A stretch of 64,000 nt of DNA from Octopus sinensis (lineage: Eukaryota): NCBI RefSeq assembly GCF_006345805.1, contig NC_043009.1, positions 33,046,001 to 33,110,000 on the forward strand, given 5' to 3'. Shown piece after piece: positions 37,253 through 51,265 of this stretch; positions within the stretch are counted from its first letter, which is position 1, and the number at the start of each line of letters is the position of its first letter. Made by a program: the position numbers and the translations under genes. Below the pieces are notes generated by a model that searched no databases, had not been told where the DNA came from, and saw only the letters and a list, made by a program, of their open reading frames with translations.

Positions 37253-38103
37253 ACTGGTCGCTCCTCGTGGTGATATAGAGGATCTTCGTCGATGCCTCCA
37301 CCAAATTTGGAGGTGGTCTAACGAATCAAAGTGCTGTCATCTGCCTGTTGGCTCTCCTCCTGCAACTCAACTTGATTTCGAGCCGGGTCATCTGCTGCTG
37401 GAGAGGACCGATCAGGTAAAGGACCTGGGTATCTTGGTGGATTCTTCCTTTTCGCCTTCGGCCCAGTGCGTCCATGCTGCCAACAAAGCACGCGGAATTC
37501 TGTTCTTGATTCGACGGTCATTCGGAATGCTCACAGCAGCCATATTCCTACCGCTCTATGTCACGCTGGTGAGACCCATATTGGAGTACGGGATTCAAGC
37601 CTCTTCTCCTTATCTCCTCAAAGACATACAGCATCTCGAAAGAGTCCAGAAGCTGGCTACCCGCATGGTTCATGGTCTCAAGAATTTGTCTTATGAAGAA
37701 AGACTGAAGACGCTCGACCTTTATTCTCTAGAAAAACGCCGCCGCCGTGGTGATCTCATTCTCGCTCACAACATCATAAGCGGAAAGAGTAACCTCTCGA
37801 AAGAGCTGTTCTTCACTCCTGCTCCAGAGCGTCGGCTGCGGGTTCATTCCGAAAAGCTCTACCTGCGACGATTTCATCTCAATCGAAGGAGAGGAGCTTC
37901 CTCCGTCCGGGTTGCGGATCCGTGGAACAAGCTGCCAGACGAGATGGTGAAGATGCCGATGACCGCTTTGTTCAAAGTCTCCCTTGACCTCATGTGGCCT
38001 GAACTCTTTACATGAACACCACCCTGTACATAACTCCATGTCCCCCTACATGGCCTTGCATTTTGCTTTTGAGCCAAAAAATTAACTAACTAACTAACTA
38101 ACT
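37253..38103 (+). mobile_element. Young 5'-truncated CR1/L2-group LINE with (TAAC)n tail
   Basis: Open frame of ~250 aa: VKDLGILVD...ANKARGILFLIRRSF...LYVTLVRPILEYG...LERVQKLATRMV..L..LSYEERLK.LDLYSLEKRRRRGDLI...WNKLP. taac x5 at 38083-38103. Confidence 0.92.
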
Positions 38104-41100
38104 CTCTATCTATCCACTTGTTGAGAAATTAAATCTTACGTCATCATAGTCTAATTCCAATTGTTATATGATGTATCCCTTCGTTTCGTTGTAACCACCA
38201 TTTTCCTTTTCTTTGACGAGAGTCCTTCATAATTCTAAGCTCACTACTGTCCTTCCTGATAAAATTCTTTCACTGAAGCCATCAAATAGATTCTGACTTT
38301 ATTCTTCTTCAATATTTTCTTCCATTGATGGCAACACTCTTAATTTTTTTCCCTAAAGAATGTGAATTACATTCACAGACAGATATAGCTGTCGATAATA
38401 TTACGGCCATGTTCTGTTTATGGATCTATTTTCTTCTTTTTTCTTCCATTTGTCCGTCATTTTCATATTTCTCTCTTCGTATTTTTATTCACCCAGCATC
38501 GTTGTTTATTTTAGTGTATTAAAGATGTGGATATATTTACATTGCATATGAGTATCCTCGTTGAAAGCTGGGCGATAATCTGTTGATATGAGATTGGATG
38601 TTAAACATCGGTTTGCATGGTTATGTGTTAACGTTTGTAAGATGATTGTCTGTGTGCGTATGGGTGTCTAGATATTTGCAGATGTGTGTATGCGTATATG
38701 TGTGTTTGTGTGGAGACACACGCACACAAACGCCTTTTTTCTCTTTATTGTTTAAGCCGCCATGCATTCGCCATTCCTCAAACGATTGATATCATTCAGA
38801 GAAAAGCTTGTCCTCAGATATCAGCTACTTCCGACCATAAACACGGTTTGGCACAACGTGATTAGCGTTCAATATAACAAGACACAACGCAATTTGGAAA
38901 TGGCAAAGGGAGTTAAAGAAAATAGAAACCATTCCTTTGCAAACTTCAAGGCAAGAAGAATTCAATAATCTTGAGTAAAATATATCATATCTACATATAT
39001 AAAAAAAAATCTAAAGATTTCTTGTCTTGGGTTGTTATATTTTCTTTAGAGCGGGATGTATGTTTTGTACACAGATTGCAAAGAATCTGTCACAGTGTTT
39101 GATGAAGGTATAGAGACATAATTGGAGCGATTTTCTGTCCCTGCTTTTTGCAAGAAAGATGACATGTTTAAGGTTATTTTCACAAGAAAAGACATTGTGT
39201 CTCTTACTCTCATGCTATTCCGAAAATCTCAGATTTGATTCTTACCGTAATACTGGTCAGATAACTAGCTTGCGTTTACCATAACTTCATCTCTGTAATA
39301 CAAGCTTAACCACATCTACAAATAAGAATATATTATTTATAACCGGTGCAAAAATAAAAGAATGAATAGCCTAAATCACGCATGGAATTTAGCAGCCTAT
39401 GTTGGCCGTTTATGTGAATTCTGGATTTGGAAGTTCACTATCTTTAGAAATAGGTTCGGTTATTTTAAGACTGGAACTTTTAAATAATGCAACAATATCG
39501 ATTTTATCCAAAATATATACACATCAAAGAGAAAACAAAAATGATAACTACACAAGCACTACACCTTCTGTTCAATGACCTGTTTCTGTTCTTTGGAGAA
39601 GATGGTAAATATGTTGCCACAAGGAACAGCCAGGAATATATTCGCCATTTTTCCTGTTTTATTTCATTTTAACGGAGGGCAACGATCTGGAGACCGAGAA
39701 CACAGGAAGCCGTAATTGGCATGAAAAGAAATCCACCTGTTAATGATTGGTATTTCCTAATTATCTGCCCCTTTTTTTGTGAATTCTCAACAACATCTAG
39801 TTTGGTGCCCTACAGAAAATGCGTTCAGACTATATCTCACAGATTTTCTATTTCCTTTCAGCTTCTTTAAACAGTAAAACACATAACAAAATGCAATAAA
39901 AGGATAAATCATCCATTTTTAGCAAAGTAAAACTACTCTATATGTTTAAAAAGTATAGATTGTAGAGCTGAGATGTTCGTATCTGACCCAGAGGCTTAAA
40001 TGTGTATCGCCGTAAGTGAAATAACATGGCATTTAAGACGGGAAAATAAACTACTTAGGACGCCGAACTCGCATGAACGAAAATACTTAATAATATCGAG
40101 TTGACTGGTAACTACTGACCTGAAGCAAATACCAGACTCTCTCCGACAACAGATTGATTCTCCACATAAAAATAGAAATGGATTCTCCAGACAGAACTGA
40201 CTGAAAGATCTATAATTTTTGTCGAAGTTCAAATTATCATTTTTAACAAATAAAACTTTGACATAACCTTATATCACCTCAATATCGCAATAAAATAGTT
40301 ATTTCTTTATTCTTTAAGATATTCGCTCCTCTTAAAGGGAATGGAGTGACAGAAACCGCAAAAAATGACAACAAAAAGATGGTGAATTGACAGCGTTTTT
40401 AGTGTCAAGTGAAATGTATTGTGGTATTTATCCATGATCTCTGCTGTCCAAGTTCGAATCCCGCCAAGGACATCTTTGCATTTTATTCTTTCTGTGTCGA
40501 TAAATATAGTACTAGCTCTCTCCCCTCTCTGTCTCCTTTATAATTGGCCACCTACCATAAGATATATCCATTCACTGAAGGGTGTAGATCCAATAATAGG
40601 TGAAGTAACATATCAGTTCTTAAATCCATGACACATGACATTTCCACACAGAAATAACATCAAAGCTAAAAAAAAAGGAACCGAGAGAAACTGCAATATG
40701 TCGGAATAAATCCCTGATTACATAAAGTTATCCCTCTACACTTCTAGGTTTAAACCCCAAGAGACGATGCTACTTCTTATCCTTCCACTCAATTCTCTGA
40801 ATTAATACCAGTTATATGATACACAGACTTATGAAGATCTACAATGATCCCCTAACCACTCCCAACTTTCTATTTTTGCATCGAAATAAGAAGCATCTTT
40901 CGTTTGTTGAGTAAACGGGGCTTTAAACTTCCCTTGCATTTTCGTCCATCAACTACTATGATGGCTCCAAGAGTGGTTAGGTGAGGAATGCCGAGACACT
41001 TGCTTAAGAACTCACCGAACTTTTCACTGGTCCAGCTGAGTCACGAAGGAACTATGTTCTCTTTTATTTTCGGTGGTAAGAGGTATGATTTGAACTCATT

Positions 41101-43659
41101 ACCCGCATAGTCGTAACATATACCTCAAGACATCTCGACTGGTGTTTCAACTTTTCCAGCAATCTACTGTCTTCCTTTAGTATATTTTTTATCGACTAAC
41201 AAATGAAATAAGATAAATAGGACCAAGATGCGATTTGAATTCAAAGCACTGAGAGCTGGGGTTTATAGTAAGGCATTCTACTAGATGCTTTAACCACTCT
41301 GCTATTATTCATCATAGCATTAGTCTGTTAAGTTGTGAGTTCTAACCCTAAAAATGCTGACTTTGACTTGCTTCCAGTATTGTATAATTCTAGTTCAAAT
41401 TCTGCTATGATCTACCAACCACCAAAGAACGGATTGGGACATGCACCGATAATATTGATTACACAATAACATTTGCTGCGGATTTGAATAAGCAGTGACA
41501 TTCAATATTTTACAATATTTCAGATACGCATACCGATGTTTGATATCAAATATTTTAAAATAAGATAAGCCACAGTTTTAATGAGCAGTGCGTGGCTCAA
41601 GTTATTTCACAAAACCAACAACAGGTCTGAAACGCAGTAATGCGTGTGTGAGTGTGTGTGTGTGTTCCACGATAATAAATGGCTATTTTTCACGTGCTGT
41701 ACATATGTATTACTGAAGCTATTTTCAAAACACCGCCAGCAAGAGATCATATATGCAATACGATTATTACAGAATGGTACCATGAAATGTTTTATAGTAA
41801 TAATCCCGTCAACTGGCTTAGCAAGCAGTATATATCTGTTAGAGTGTGGCTAAACAGTGGTTATTACACAACATTATTAAACATACTGAAACAGAATTCG
41901 GACAAAGTAATATGTTGATAAAATACTGACAAAGTACTTTGATAACATCATTCCTAAGTGAATAGAAAGTGAATCGGGACCGGATTATTTCGCGCATGAA
42001 CGAAACCAATCAGATTGTTCAATTATTGCTTTGGTAATCATTTCAACAGATGGAAACAGATTGTTTGGGGCCAAGAGTAGAACAAGTTGGTGATAAATAT
42101 CCTGAAACGTTAGTTAATCATTAAGCACGCTGTTTCATTTGATTAGGGAGGGATAATGACCCCAAAATAGAGAATCACTTACGGAATGACCATAAATTCA
42201 TTTGCATTCAGTTGGCAACCTGTTGGAAACTTTTACATTTTCTTTACCTCGTCTGTTTATTAGCGCCCAATCAATAATATACAATGTGTGTGTGAGTGTA
42301 TGTATGTGTTTATGTACGTACGTGTTTTATGCATTTATGTTGTATGTATGTGTTTTTCTATGACATTTATTTATGCATGAATGTAGGCCTTCTATGTATG
42401 TATGCAACTGTATATGTATGCATGTTTGTATGTATTTTCGTGTGTGTAGAAGACTCGAGGCAAAATATGTTTCCTCTGCATGAGAGCATGCACACGTGTC
42501 GCGTTGGACCTCTTGCCAATCTACAAATAATATTATTTATGTATGAGCGTATGTGTGAATACGCAGGTGGTTCTGTTACTGTGTGTACGTGTGTGTTGAC
42601 TGCATGGAGGACTGCAAAAAGTGGATACGTCTCTATGTATATATGTGTATGTGTATGAGTGTGTATGTATGCGAATTTGTGTTTGTGAGTGTCACAACTA
42701 TTTTCACGCAACAAAAATACCTGTGTAACTCAAATGATACTTTCAGTTTGTCGTAAACAATCTCAACTTTAAGAATTCGGTTCCAAATCCAAAAACTGAT
42801 CAGATAAATTTACAAAGATATAAAACCTTAAATAACCTCGATATTAGTTTCTTCGTTTAAAAATCCCTTTACCAAAAAGATGTATTTAGACAATGGCGTA
42901 ATGTCGTAAATTCTTACAGCTGTGAGTTACAACACGTATTTGTAGTTTTTCACATGTTACATTCATAACGCCTGGATATTCTCGGAGTCACATGTTTTTC
43001 TTCACAGGCCGACTACCGCAACTGCAGCTTCATGCGGACATTATGTTCACATTTCTGTCTAATCGAGGCGATTGGTTACAGGACTCATTGGCTGTCAAGA
43101 GTTAAAATTGTGTGGGAGTTAAAATTAGTATCTTATTTTTAAACCTTTCAGAAATAAAATGTATATATATACAGAGAGAGAGAGAGCGCGTGTGGAGGAA
43201 GGAGGTAAAAGGTAAAGCATGTACATATATGTTTGTGTGTGTGTGTGTGTAAATTCAGAGAAGAAAATGGAGAGTTAGTGGTTAATATTTGTTAATAAAT
43301 TGATAATCATTTCTTCCTACAACTGTTTGAACCCATTGAATAAATTATGAATTTATGCATTACATTTGCATTTATAAGTTATGAGCAAAATATCATGAGT
43401 GAAAAGTTAGACATTAGAAATTTCATGTTGACCTATTTGTTCATACCAAAAGTCGAAATACATAGAATTGTTTTATTATTTTTATGTATGTATGTCCTTG
43501 AGTGTTAACGGATTAATTTGAATATTATAGAATAAAGTAAAATAAAGAATAAGAAAATATAATAAGAAGTAAAATAAAAGTTAAAAATAAAATAAGATAG
43601 AATACAATATATGTACATATACGTACATATAAACATACATATATAAAAATATACATAGA

Positions 43660-43666
43660 GAGAGAG

Positions 43667-43737
<71 letters not shown>

Positions 43738-43760
43738 CATACATACATACATACATACAC
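43660..43760 (+). repeat. (GA)n/(GATA)n/(CATA)n microsatellite
   Basis: Seen directly. Confidence 0.9.
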
Positions 43761-44107
43761 ACAATTATATATATAAAGAAACTACATATGGACTTTTTCT
43801 ATTAAGCCATGGCCATTGGTTGAAGAAATTTAGATTTGTGTTCATGTGGTTAAGTTTGAGGAAAATATCTTATAACGGTTTATCAGTATATGCGCTCATA
43901 CATACATAAATTTAAAAAAATAAAGCAATTCTATATATTTATTCTGCTGGAATGAACAGATAGGTCAACATGTAATTCTTTAATACCTAACTTCTCCTTG
44001 GTGATATTTCGGTCATACTTATAAATGCAAATTTAATGCATAAATTTGTAATTTATTCAATGGGTAGAAACGGAAACAGCTGTAGAAAGACATGCTTATT
44101 TAAGTTA

Positions 44108-44313
44108 CTCTTTTACTTGTTTCAGTCATTTGACTGCGGCCATGCTGGAGCACCGCCTTTAGTCGAGCAAATCGAACCCAGGACTTATTCTTTGTAAACC
44201 CAGTACTTATACTATTGGTCTCTTTTGCTTTAACCGCTAAGTGACGGGGCCGTAAACACACCAGCATCGGTTGTCAAGCAATGCTAGGGGGACAAACACA
44301 GACACAAACATAT

Positions 44314-44344
<31 letters not shown>

Positions 44345-44518
44345 CATATATACGACAGGCTTCTTTCAGTTTCCGTCTACCAAATCCACTCACAAGGCAT
44401 TGGTCGGCCCGGGGCTATAGCACAAGACACTTGCCCAAGATTCCACGCAGTGGTACTGAACCCGGAACCATGTGGTTGGTAAGCAAGCTACTTACCACAC
44501 AGTCACTCCTGCGCCTAT
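44108..44518 (-). mobile_element. SINE family A, full length
   Basis: Similarity to other copies. Confidence 0.9.
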
Positions 44519-44749
44519 GTTATTAATAAATATTAACTACTAACTCTCTATTTTTTTATCTTAATTTAATACAGATTATATACTTAATATATACCTATTG
44601 ATTTACGGAAATTTTATTTCCCGAAGACATAAGGTATACAACCAGTGTTTAGGGGGATGTAATCATCCCTTTAAGAGGATAATATATCCTCTAATTAACT
44701 TATGCACACACACACACATACATAAATAAATACATACATACATATATAG

Positions 44750-44804
<55 letters not shown>

Positions 44805-44824
44805 ATATATTATATATAGATATA

Positions 44825-44862
<38 letters not shown>

Positions 44863-44887
44863 ATATATAATATATATATATATATAT

Positions 44888-44979
44888 ATGGCACCATGGG
44901 CAAGTCTCTTCTACTATAGCCTCAGGCAGACCAAAGCCTTGTGAGTGGATTTGGTAGACAAAAACGGAAAGAAGCCCGT

Positions 44980-45045
<66 letters not shown>

Positions 45046-45255
45046 GTGTATGTGTGTGTATGTGTTTGTCCCCCAACATCGCTTGACAACCGATGGTGGT
45101 GTGTTTACATCCACGTGACCTAGCAGTTCGGCAAAAGTAACCGATAGAATAAGTACCAGGCTTACAAAGAATAAGTCCTGGGTTCGATTTGCTCGACTAA
45201 AGGCGGTGCTCCAGCATGGCCGCAGTCAAATGACTGAAACAAGTAAAAGAGTAAA
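44888..45255 (+). mobile_element. SINE family A, 5' truncated
   Basis: Starts at ggcaccatgggcaag and ends at gaaacaagtaaaagagtaa. Confidence 0.9.
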
Positions 45256-45456
45256 ATAATATACATACACGCATATATTCTTTTACTTGTGTTAGTCATT
45301 TCACTGCGGCCATACTGGAGCATGGACTCTCTTTCTTTAGGGGTTTTGTGTGTTTTAAAATAGCCATTGAAGTTGGTCATTTATATTTATTCCAAATTAA
45401 TTAGTAATTAGTATTGAGCAATAAACTAATTCAGTTAAACAAATGAAGTTCCGTTA

Positions 45457-45500
<44 letters not shown>

Positions 45501-45859
45501 CTATATGTGATATGTATTATCAGACAGAAACACATGTATATGTTTTTATACAAACTTCAGCATATGTCATAAACAGTGTTTTGTACTACAATCGCAAGTT
45601 GACGCCAGCATTGTTTGAGAAATTAGGAAGGCAGAAGCAGAATACGCACCGGTAATTTGAATGTTCTCTTTTGTCAGGCAATGCTATATTAAGAAAGCTT
45701 GCGACGGTGAAATACCCCGTCTTTATAAATAAAATGCGTAGGTAGTTCTGTTGATTGAACCAACAGATCTTTCATTTGTGGGAACCGTTTGCAAGATCAA
45801 ATTATACATTATTTTCGTATGTTCATATATAAGCATGTATATGCATATATATATATATA

Positions 45860-45860
45860 T

Positions 45861-45950
<90 letters not shown>
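45860..45950 (+). repeat. (GATA)n microsatellite
   Basis: Seen directly. Confidence 0.95.
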
Positions 45951-45951
<1 letters not shown>

Positions 45952-47285
45952 TGTTTATATTTGTGCATGTGTGTGTATGAATACATTATCGCTTAGCGAA
46001 TATTATTTTTATGCATATCTTTTAAGTGTAGGATAAAATTTATACGAAGGCAAACAAAACAACAGATCGGAATCTATGGTTTTCATCACCGTAATTCAAT
46101 GATACTTTTAAAAATTCTTCTATATGACAGAATCTTGTGTGTTTACGCATGCAATAATAATAAAATAAACTCTTGAATATTTTTTAACAATATAAATTGA
46201 AATGGAAAGAAAATTCAGCAACAATTTCTGCGAGAAAGTGCTTTAATTTCGTTATTTCTTATGAATGCATGAATATGTTTCAAGGAGAATAAATATTCTG
46301 AAAGAAATATGAATATATCAAACTTCGTTTCTTATCTCTCGATAACTCGCAGCTCTTCCAAATGCTAAAGCAAATTCTTCAAGAAGTATGTTAATAAAAT
46401 ATATTCATAAAAGTATTTTACTGCCTTCTGAACTTACTCTAAATTAAGAAATACCGTTTGTGCTATGGTGAACTCTGCATTGCATAAAGAAATTCTAAAG
46501 ACAAGAGTAGGAATAAGAGGAAAAAATTGTTTCAGCTATAATCTTTAAATGCAGCATTACACCTTCTGATGAAAATATTTAGTGCAACCAAAAGTCTCTA
46601 ATATCAGACGAACTAATGTTATGTAGGAAGGACACAAGAAAATAGTTGTAACCAGATAATGCACCAATCTCATAATGTAGAGGAAGACAGCAAAAATTAG
46701 AAGATTGCTGTGCATGTGAATAATGACTATTCAACTTGTCTTTCTTTACGAAAGAGCAAGAAACTAAGGGAGATAAATAGCATACAATTCATAGGCCAGT
46801 CGTTCGTGTCAAAAGGTTGTTTGTGTCTTCATTGATTTTCACAAAGTACATCTGGTTTTCTTGATGAATTGCTGGTAACTGACCAACACAATTAGTAGCT
46901 TATTTTTCTTAGTCACTTCCGAAATTAGATATCCTTTCCCCTAAAACAATTTCAAGAACGAAATATTCAAAATATGCTCCTGAGAAAGTATAACACTCAG
47001 TGTATTATTACTAAAAGCAACAACGAAAGCTATTTTCAGTAAAATCTATAAACTTTCATTTGATTTCTGATTAGATTTGTTTTTTGTTTCGTTTAGTCTT
47101 TCTTTATCAGATATAAACAACATACATTGTGTCTCTGCAATAGTTTGATTGTCTACCAAAACTCTGTGTGCACAGAATAATTTGGATAGCAAATACAATA
47201 AAGGAAGGACACTGCTATTGACTATTGTTTTTTAAAAAACCGGTGGAATTAAACGGAAAGACAGTGTATTACTACTATACTACTA

Positions 47286-47320
<35 letters not shown>

Positions 47321-47432
47321 TTCTATATTTAAGAGATGAGGAATTATGTACATTATTTACATTTGACGGGCATATGGCGTAGTGGTTAAGCATTTCGTCC
47401 GGCGCGCTAACGATTCTGCCAACTCTCCGCTT
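47321..47432. mobile_element. Three-part chimera: inverted tail of the 56-kb HHR family, a tRNA-like A-box head and a reversed SINE B head
   Basis: 47321-47369 is the reverse complement of the tail at 56195-56254 and 56507-56556. It is followed by gggcatatggcgtagtggttaag, then the reverse SINE B head. Confidence 0.75.
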
Positions 47433-47444
47433 TGATAATAATGA

Positions 47445-47468
47445 TACTAATAATAATAATAATAATAA

Positions 47469-47499
<31 letters not shown>

Positions 47500-47632
47500 A
47501 AGAAGAAGAAGAAGAGAAGAAGAAGAGAAGAAGAAGAAGAAGAAGACGAAGGAGGAGAAGAAGAAGAAGAAGAAGAAGAAGAAGAAGAAGAAGAAGAAGA
47601 AGAAGAAGAAGAAGAAGAAGAAGAAGAAGAAT
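47445..47632 (+). repeat. (AAT)n followed by (GAA)n tract
   Basis: Seen directly. Confidence 0.95.
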
Positions 47633-47769
47633 TGCAGCTGAATGGCTCTGCAGCCTGAAGGAAACAGCTTCTTCTTCTCAGCAAGTTGCTATTCCTTTCA
47701 CACAAATCATTATCAGAAATATAAGTGAAAAGATAAGCAACTACCTGTCTTATTCAAAACATTCTTTGC

Positions 47770-47781
47770 TGCGCCTGCGCA
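47770..47781. promoter_or_regulatory. NRF1/EWG-type GCGCCTGCGCA motif (possible core promoter)
   Basis: tgcgcctgcgca in otherwise CpG-poor unique sequence; motif match only. Confidence 0.3.
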
Positions 47782-49069
47782 TATATGTAGAGCTGTGTGA
47801 TCAACAGTGACAGACAGACAGTGACAGACGTATACAATGCAAAATATCGAAACGATGTTATGAATTTTATTCCTCGAGGAAGACGACAAGAATAACTTTT
47901 CGGAGAGAGTTCTTTCATCAAAAGTAACCGAAAATATTTGTATTATAAAGTGTACAGATTGGAAAAAGTGGGAGCGAGAAATTTAATTACTATAAGCAAC
48001 CTTTATCTATTCCTTTCCTACTTCCTTATATTGACTGCAATAAGCATTATTTCTCACTCGCACTACTTGTAATGGTATTTATCCTGCATTAAATCCTGTT
48101 CTGTCCGAAACGTTAGACTTGTGGTTCTCTGTACACTTCGGTGGATTTCTATAGCCATTCAGAGTTCAAAAAATCCAATTATAGTTTAATAATTATGATT
48201 AGGAATCCTATAAAACAATTGTTAAAATATTTTGTGTATTGTAGATATGTTGCCAATTTATTGCAGATAACGTTTAACAAAACCTTGTAAGGACCTCCAA
48301 CTGTCCAACGGGACCCGGTTGAGGACCACTGCGTTAGACTTATTATTCGTTTCTAATAGATAACTTTTATTCCACAGTTTCAGCCATTTGTAATGTATTA
48401 AGACAACGCTAAATATCACTAGTGATATCGGATATTATTACTGTATAGAAATTAGCTCAAGCTATACCAAACTCAGTCAAAGATACATTGTAAACAACCA
48501 ATAAGATAATTATGTAGAAGAGTAGAATGGTATGAGAACGATATGCATTTCTTCAGAGTTATCTAAGGGTTCAATTGAAAATATAATTGTATGTTCAATA
48601 ATTATGACGTTGAATGTTAGTAAGGACGTAGAAATTTATGTTAGCCACGTACTCTCAGTTAACGATTATTCAAAGTTCACTAAATTCGTCTAATACTTTT
48701 CTGTCTAAGAATTTTTAATTCTTTTCCTTGAAATGTGTTCTACACATTCTTCTAATGTTCTGTCAAAAGGTATAACATGAAGTGGCAAGCTTTGGCAAAA
48801 GCTTAGATCTTTTTTTCCTTGTGCAACTACAAATTATTTCGTCATCACACAAAATTATTAGTGTATAACCGATAGCTTTTACCAAAGATCAATAGCATGG
48901 GTTCAAGTGCAAGCATAATGCATGGTTAAAAATCTGTTTCGCAACAATATAATTCCGCTCGAAATTCCTCAGCGTGACATCATAAGCAATTGTCATCAAA
49001 CACAGATTAACGACCTATAATATTTGAGAGTTGAGTAGACAAGAAAGGTTTATATATGTATATATATAT

Positions 49070-49116
<47 letters not shown>

Positions 49117-49119
<3 letters not shown>

Positions 49120-49377
49120 GAATGGTTGTATACTGTCAATCTAACGTGAACGTGACAGTAGGGGGTTACACCACCGCTGTTTAACCCTAGGAAGCATCTA
49201 CGCTTCCTGATGGCTTTGACACATTATTCCTGTGTCCTTATATACATTTACGAAAAGGACACAGGAATAATGTGTCAAAGTCATCAGGAAGCGTCGATGC
49301 TTCCTAGGGCTAAACAGCGGTGGTGTAACCCCCTACTGCCACGTTCACGTTAGATTGACAGTATACAACCATTCTAT
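49117..49377. repeat. Long near-perfect palindrome (123-bp arms, 15-nt spacer), foldback/MITE-like
   Basis: Arms at 49117-49239 and 49255-49377 with 4 mismatches; TA at both outer ends. Confidence 0.95.
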
Positions 49378-49443
49378 CGCTCCACCACCGTACATATCTC
49401 TATGAGAGATTTAGAAATTTAATATTTCTGATATATATACATA

Positions 49444-49506
<63 letters not shown>

Positions 49507-50189
49507 GTTTCAAATAACTTTATTTCTATTTATCAATGTATTAGGCTATATATGTAAGCATATACATTCGTACACACTGATATGTATGTGAATATATTAT
49601 ATAAATATATGTTCACATATATGCATGTATGTATATAAATTTAATCTATATGCATAAATTTATATGACTGCGTCTATGTGCGTCTCACTCTCCATATACT
49701 GGTGCGCATTATATATAAATGATATATTATATTATGTATTATATATTATATATTATATTTCATATACTTATTTATGTGCACCTATATGTATAAGCAGACG
49801 GGATATGACTTAGAAATAATTAACAGAAAGGGACAAATAGGCATGCGAACCTCTCGTTAGCTGTGAGTCCATGCACCCTTCCAGTTATGTTGCAGAAATT
49901 TAGATAACGAACTTGACGATCAGCAGTAACTAAACGTTATAGAACTATGAACAACGTGCAACGGTCATTAGTGAGATAGCTAATGCCTAAGGACACAGAA
50001 AATAAGGTAGTGGGGATCACATACTTCACGGATATAATGATGTTATAACTCAAGGTAGGACTCCCAGACAGCGTTCAGTATTTGATTAAAACATAACTTC
50101 ATATACGCCGGTTGTGAATAGGTGGGAAATAAAGAAGTGGTTCTTTCCTACAGAAGAAATACTGATAGAAATACATGACAGCAATGGCT

Positions 50190-50190
50190 G

Positions 50191-50267
<77 letters not shown>

Positions 50268-50268
50268 T

Positions 50269-50317
<49 letters not shown>

Positions 50318-50322
50318 TAGAC

Positions 50323-50405
<83 letters not shown>

Positions 50406-50450
50406 CAGATAGATGGATGGATGGATGGATGGATGGATGGATAGATACAG
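50190..50450 (+). repeat. (GATA)n/(GACA)n/(GATG)n compound microsatellite
   Basis: Seen directly. Confidence 0.95.
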
Positions 50451-51084
50451 ATATGGTGATGCAAACAGGAAAAATAGAACTCAAACTATGAGTATATGTA
50501 TACATTCATATTTCGTGTGTTGGCACTTAACACACTTTTGTGTCAATGAAAGAAACTTTCCGACCATGAGTCACTCTGTTACTTAAATATTAATAAATAT
50601 ATATATACACATATATATCTATAAACACATATGTACATATGTACATATGTATATATATATGTATATATGTGTGTGTGTGTGTGTATACATATATACTGAA
50701 TATATGACAGACAGACAGAATATATATTCCTACATAAATTACTACATAAATACATAAATACTCATAGGATTGGTTTTTTCTGCGTACACAATCGGAATAT
50801 TCTATTTGATACTTACTAACCATAGGCTGGAACTACAGGTTTATCCAACACTACCCGGGGCATATATTTTCAAGTACTGATTGAAGTACACATAAATACA
50901 AGGTGTGTGGCACCTTAGGCAGTTGTCTTCTACAATAGCCTCAGGCCGATAAAAGCCTTATGCAGCGATTTGGTAGGTAGATGGAAACTGAAAGAAATTT
51001 TTCATATATATGTATATATATATATATATTCTTTCAGCTTCAAAGCTGCAGTCATATATATTGTTCACATATGAGTTTAGAAAC

Positions 51085-51265
51085 AATTTTAGGGAACGGA
51101 CCAAAGAGATTAGAACGACTCCAGTTCTCGACTGGTACTTTTATTGACCCCGAAAGGACGAAAGGAAAAACTGACTTCGGAGGAATATGAACTCAGAACC
51201 TAAAGACCGATGAAATGCTATTGAGCACTTCGTCCGGTGTGCTAACGCTTCTGCCAATTTGCAAC
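51085..51265 (-). mobile_element. SINE family B, diverged
   Basis: Reverse head/core (ccccgaaaggacgaaagg...actcagaac...gctaacgcttctgcc). Confidence 0.7.

Noticed and set aside
46480-46700. Possible pogo/Tigger relic (DNAP motif)
   Set aside because: A single short motif across frameshifts is too weak.
48300-48810. hAT-like TIR (ttgaggaccactg) and a possible hAT dimerisation-domain relic
   Set aside because: The orientations are inconsistent and the peptide similarity is marginal.
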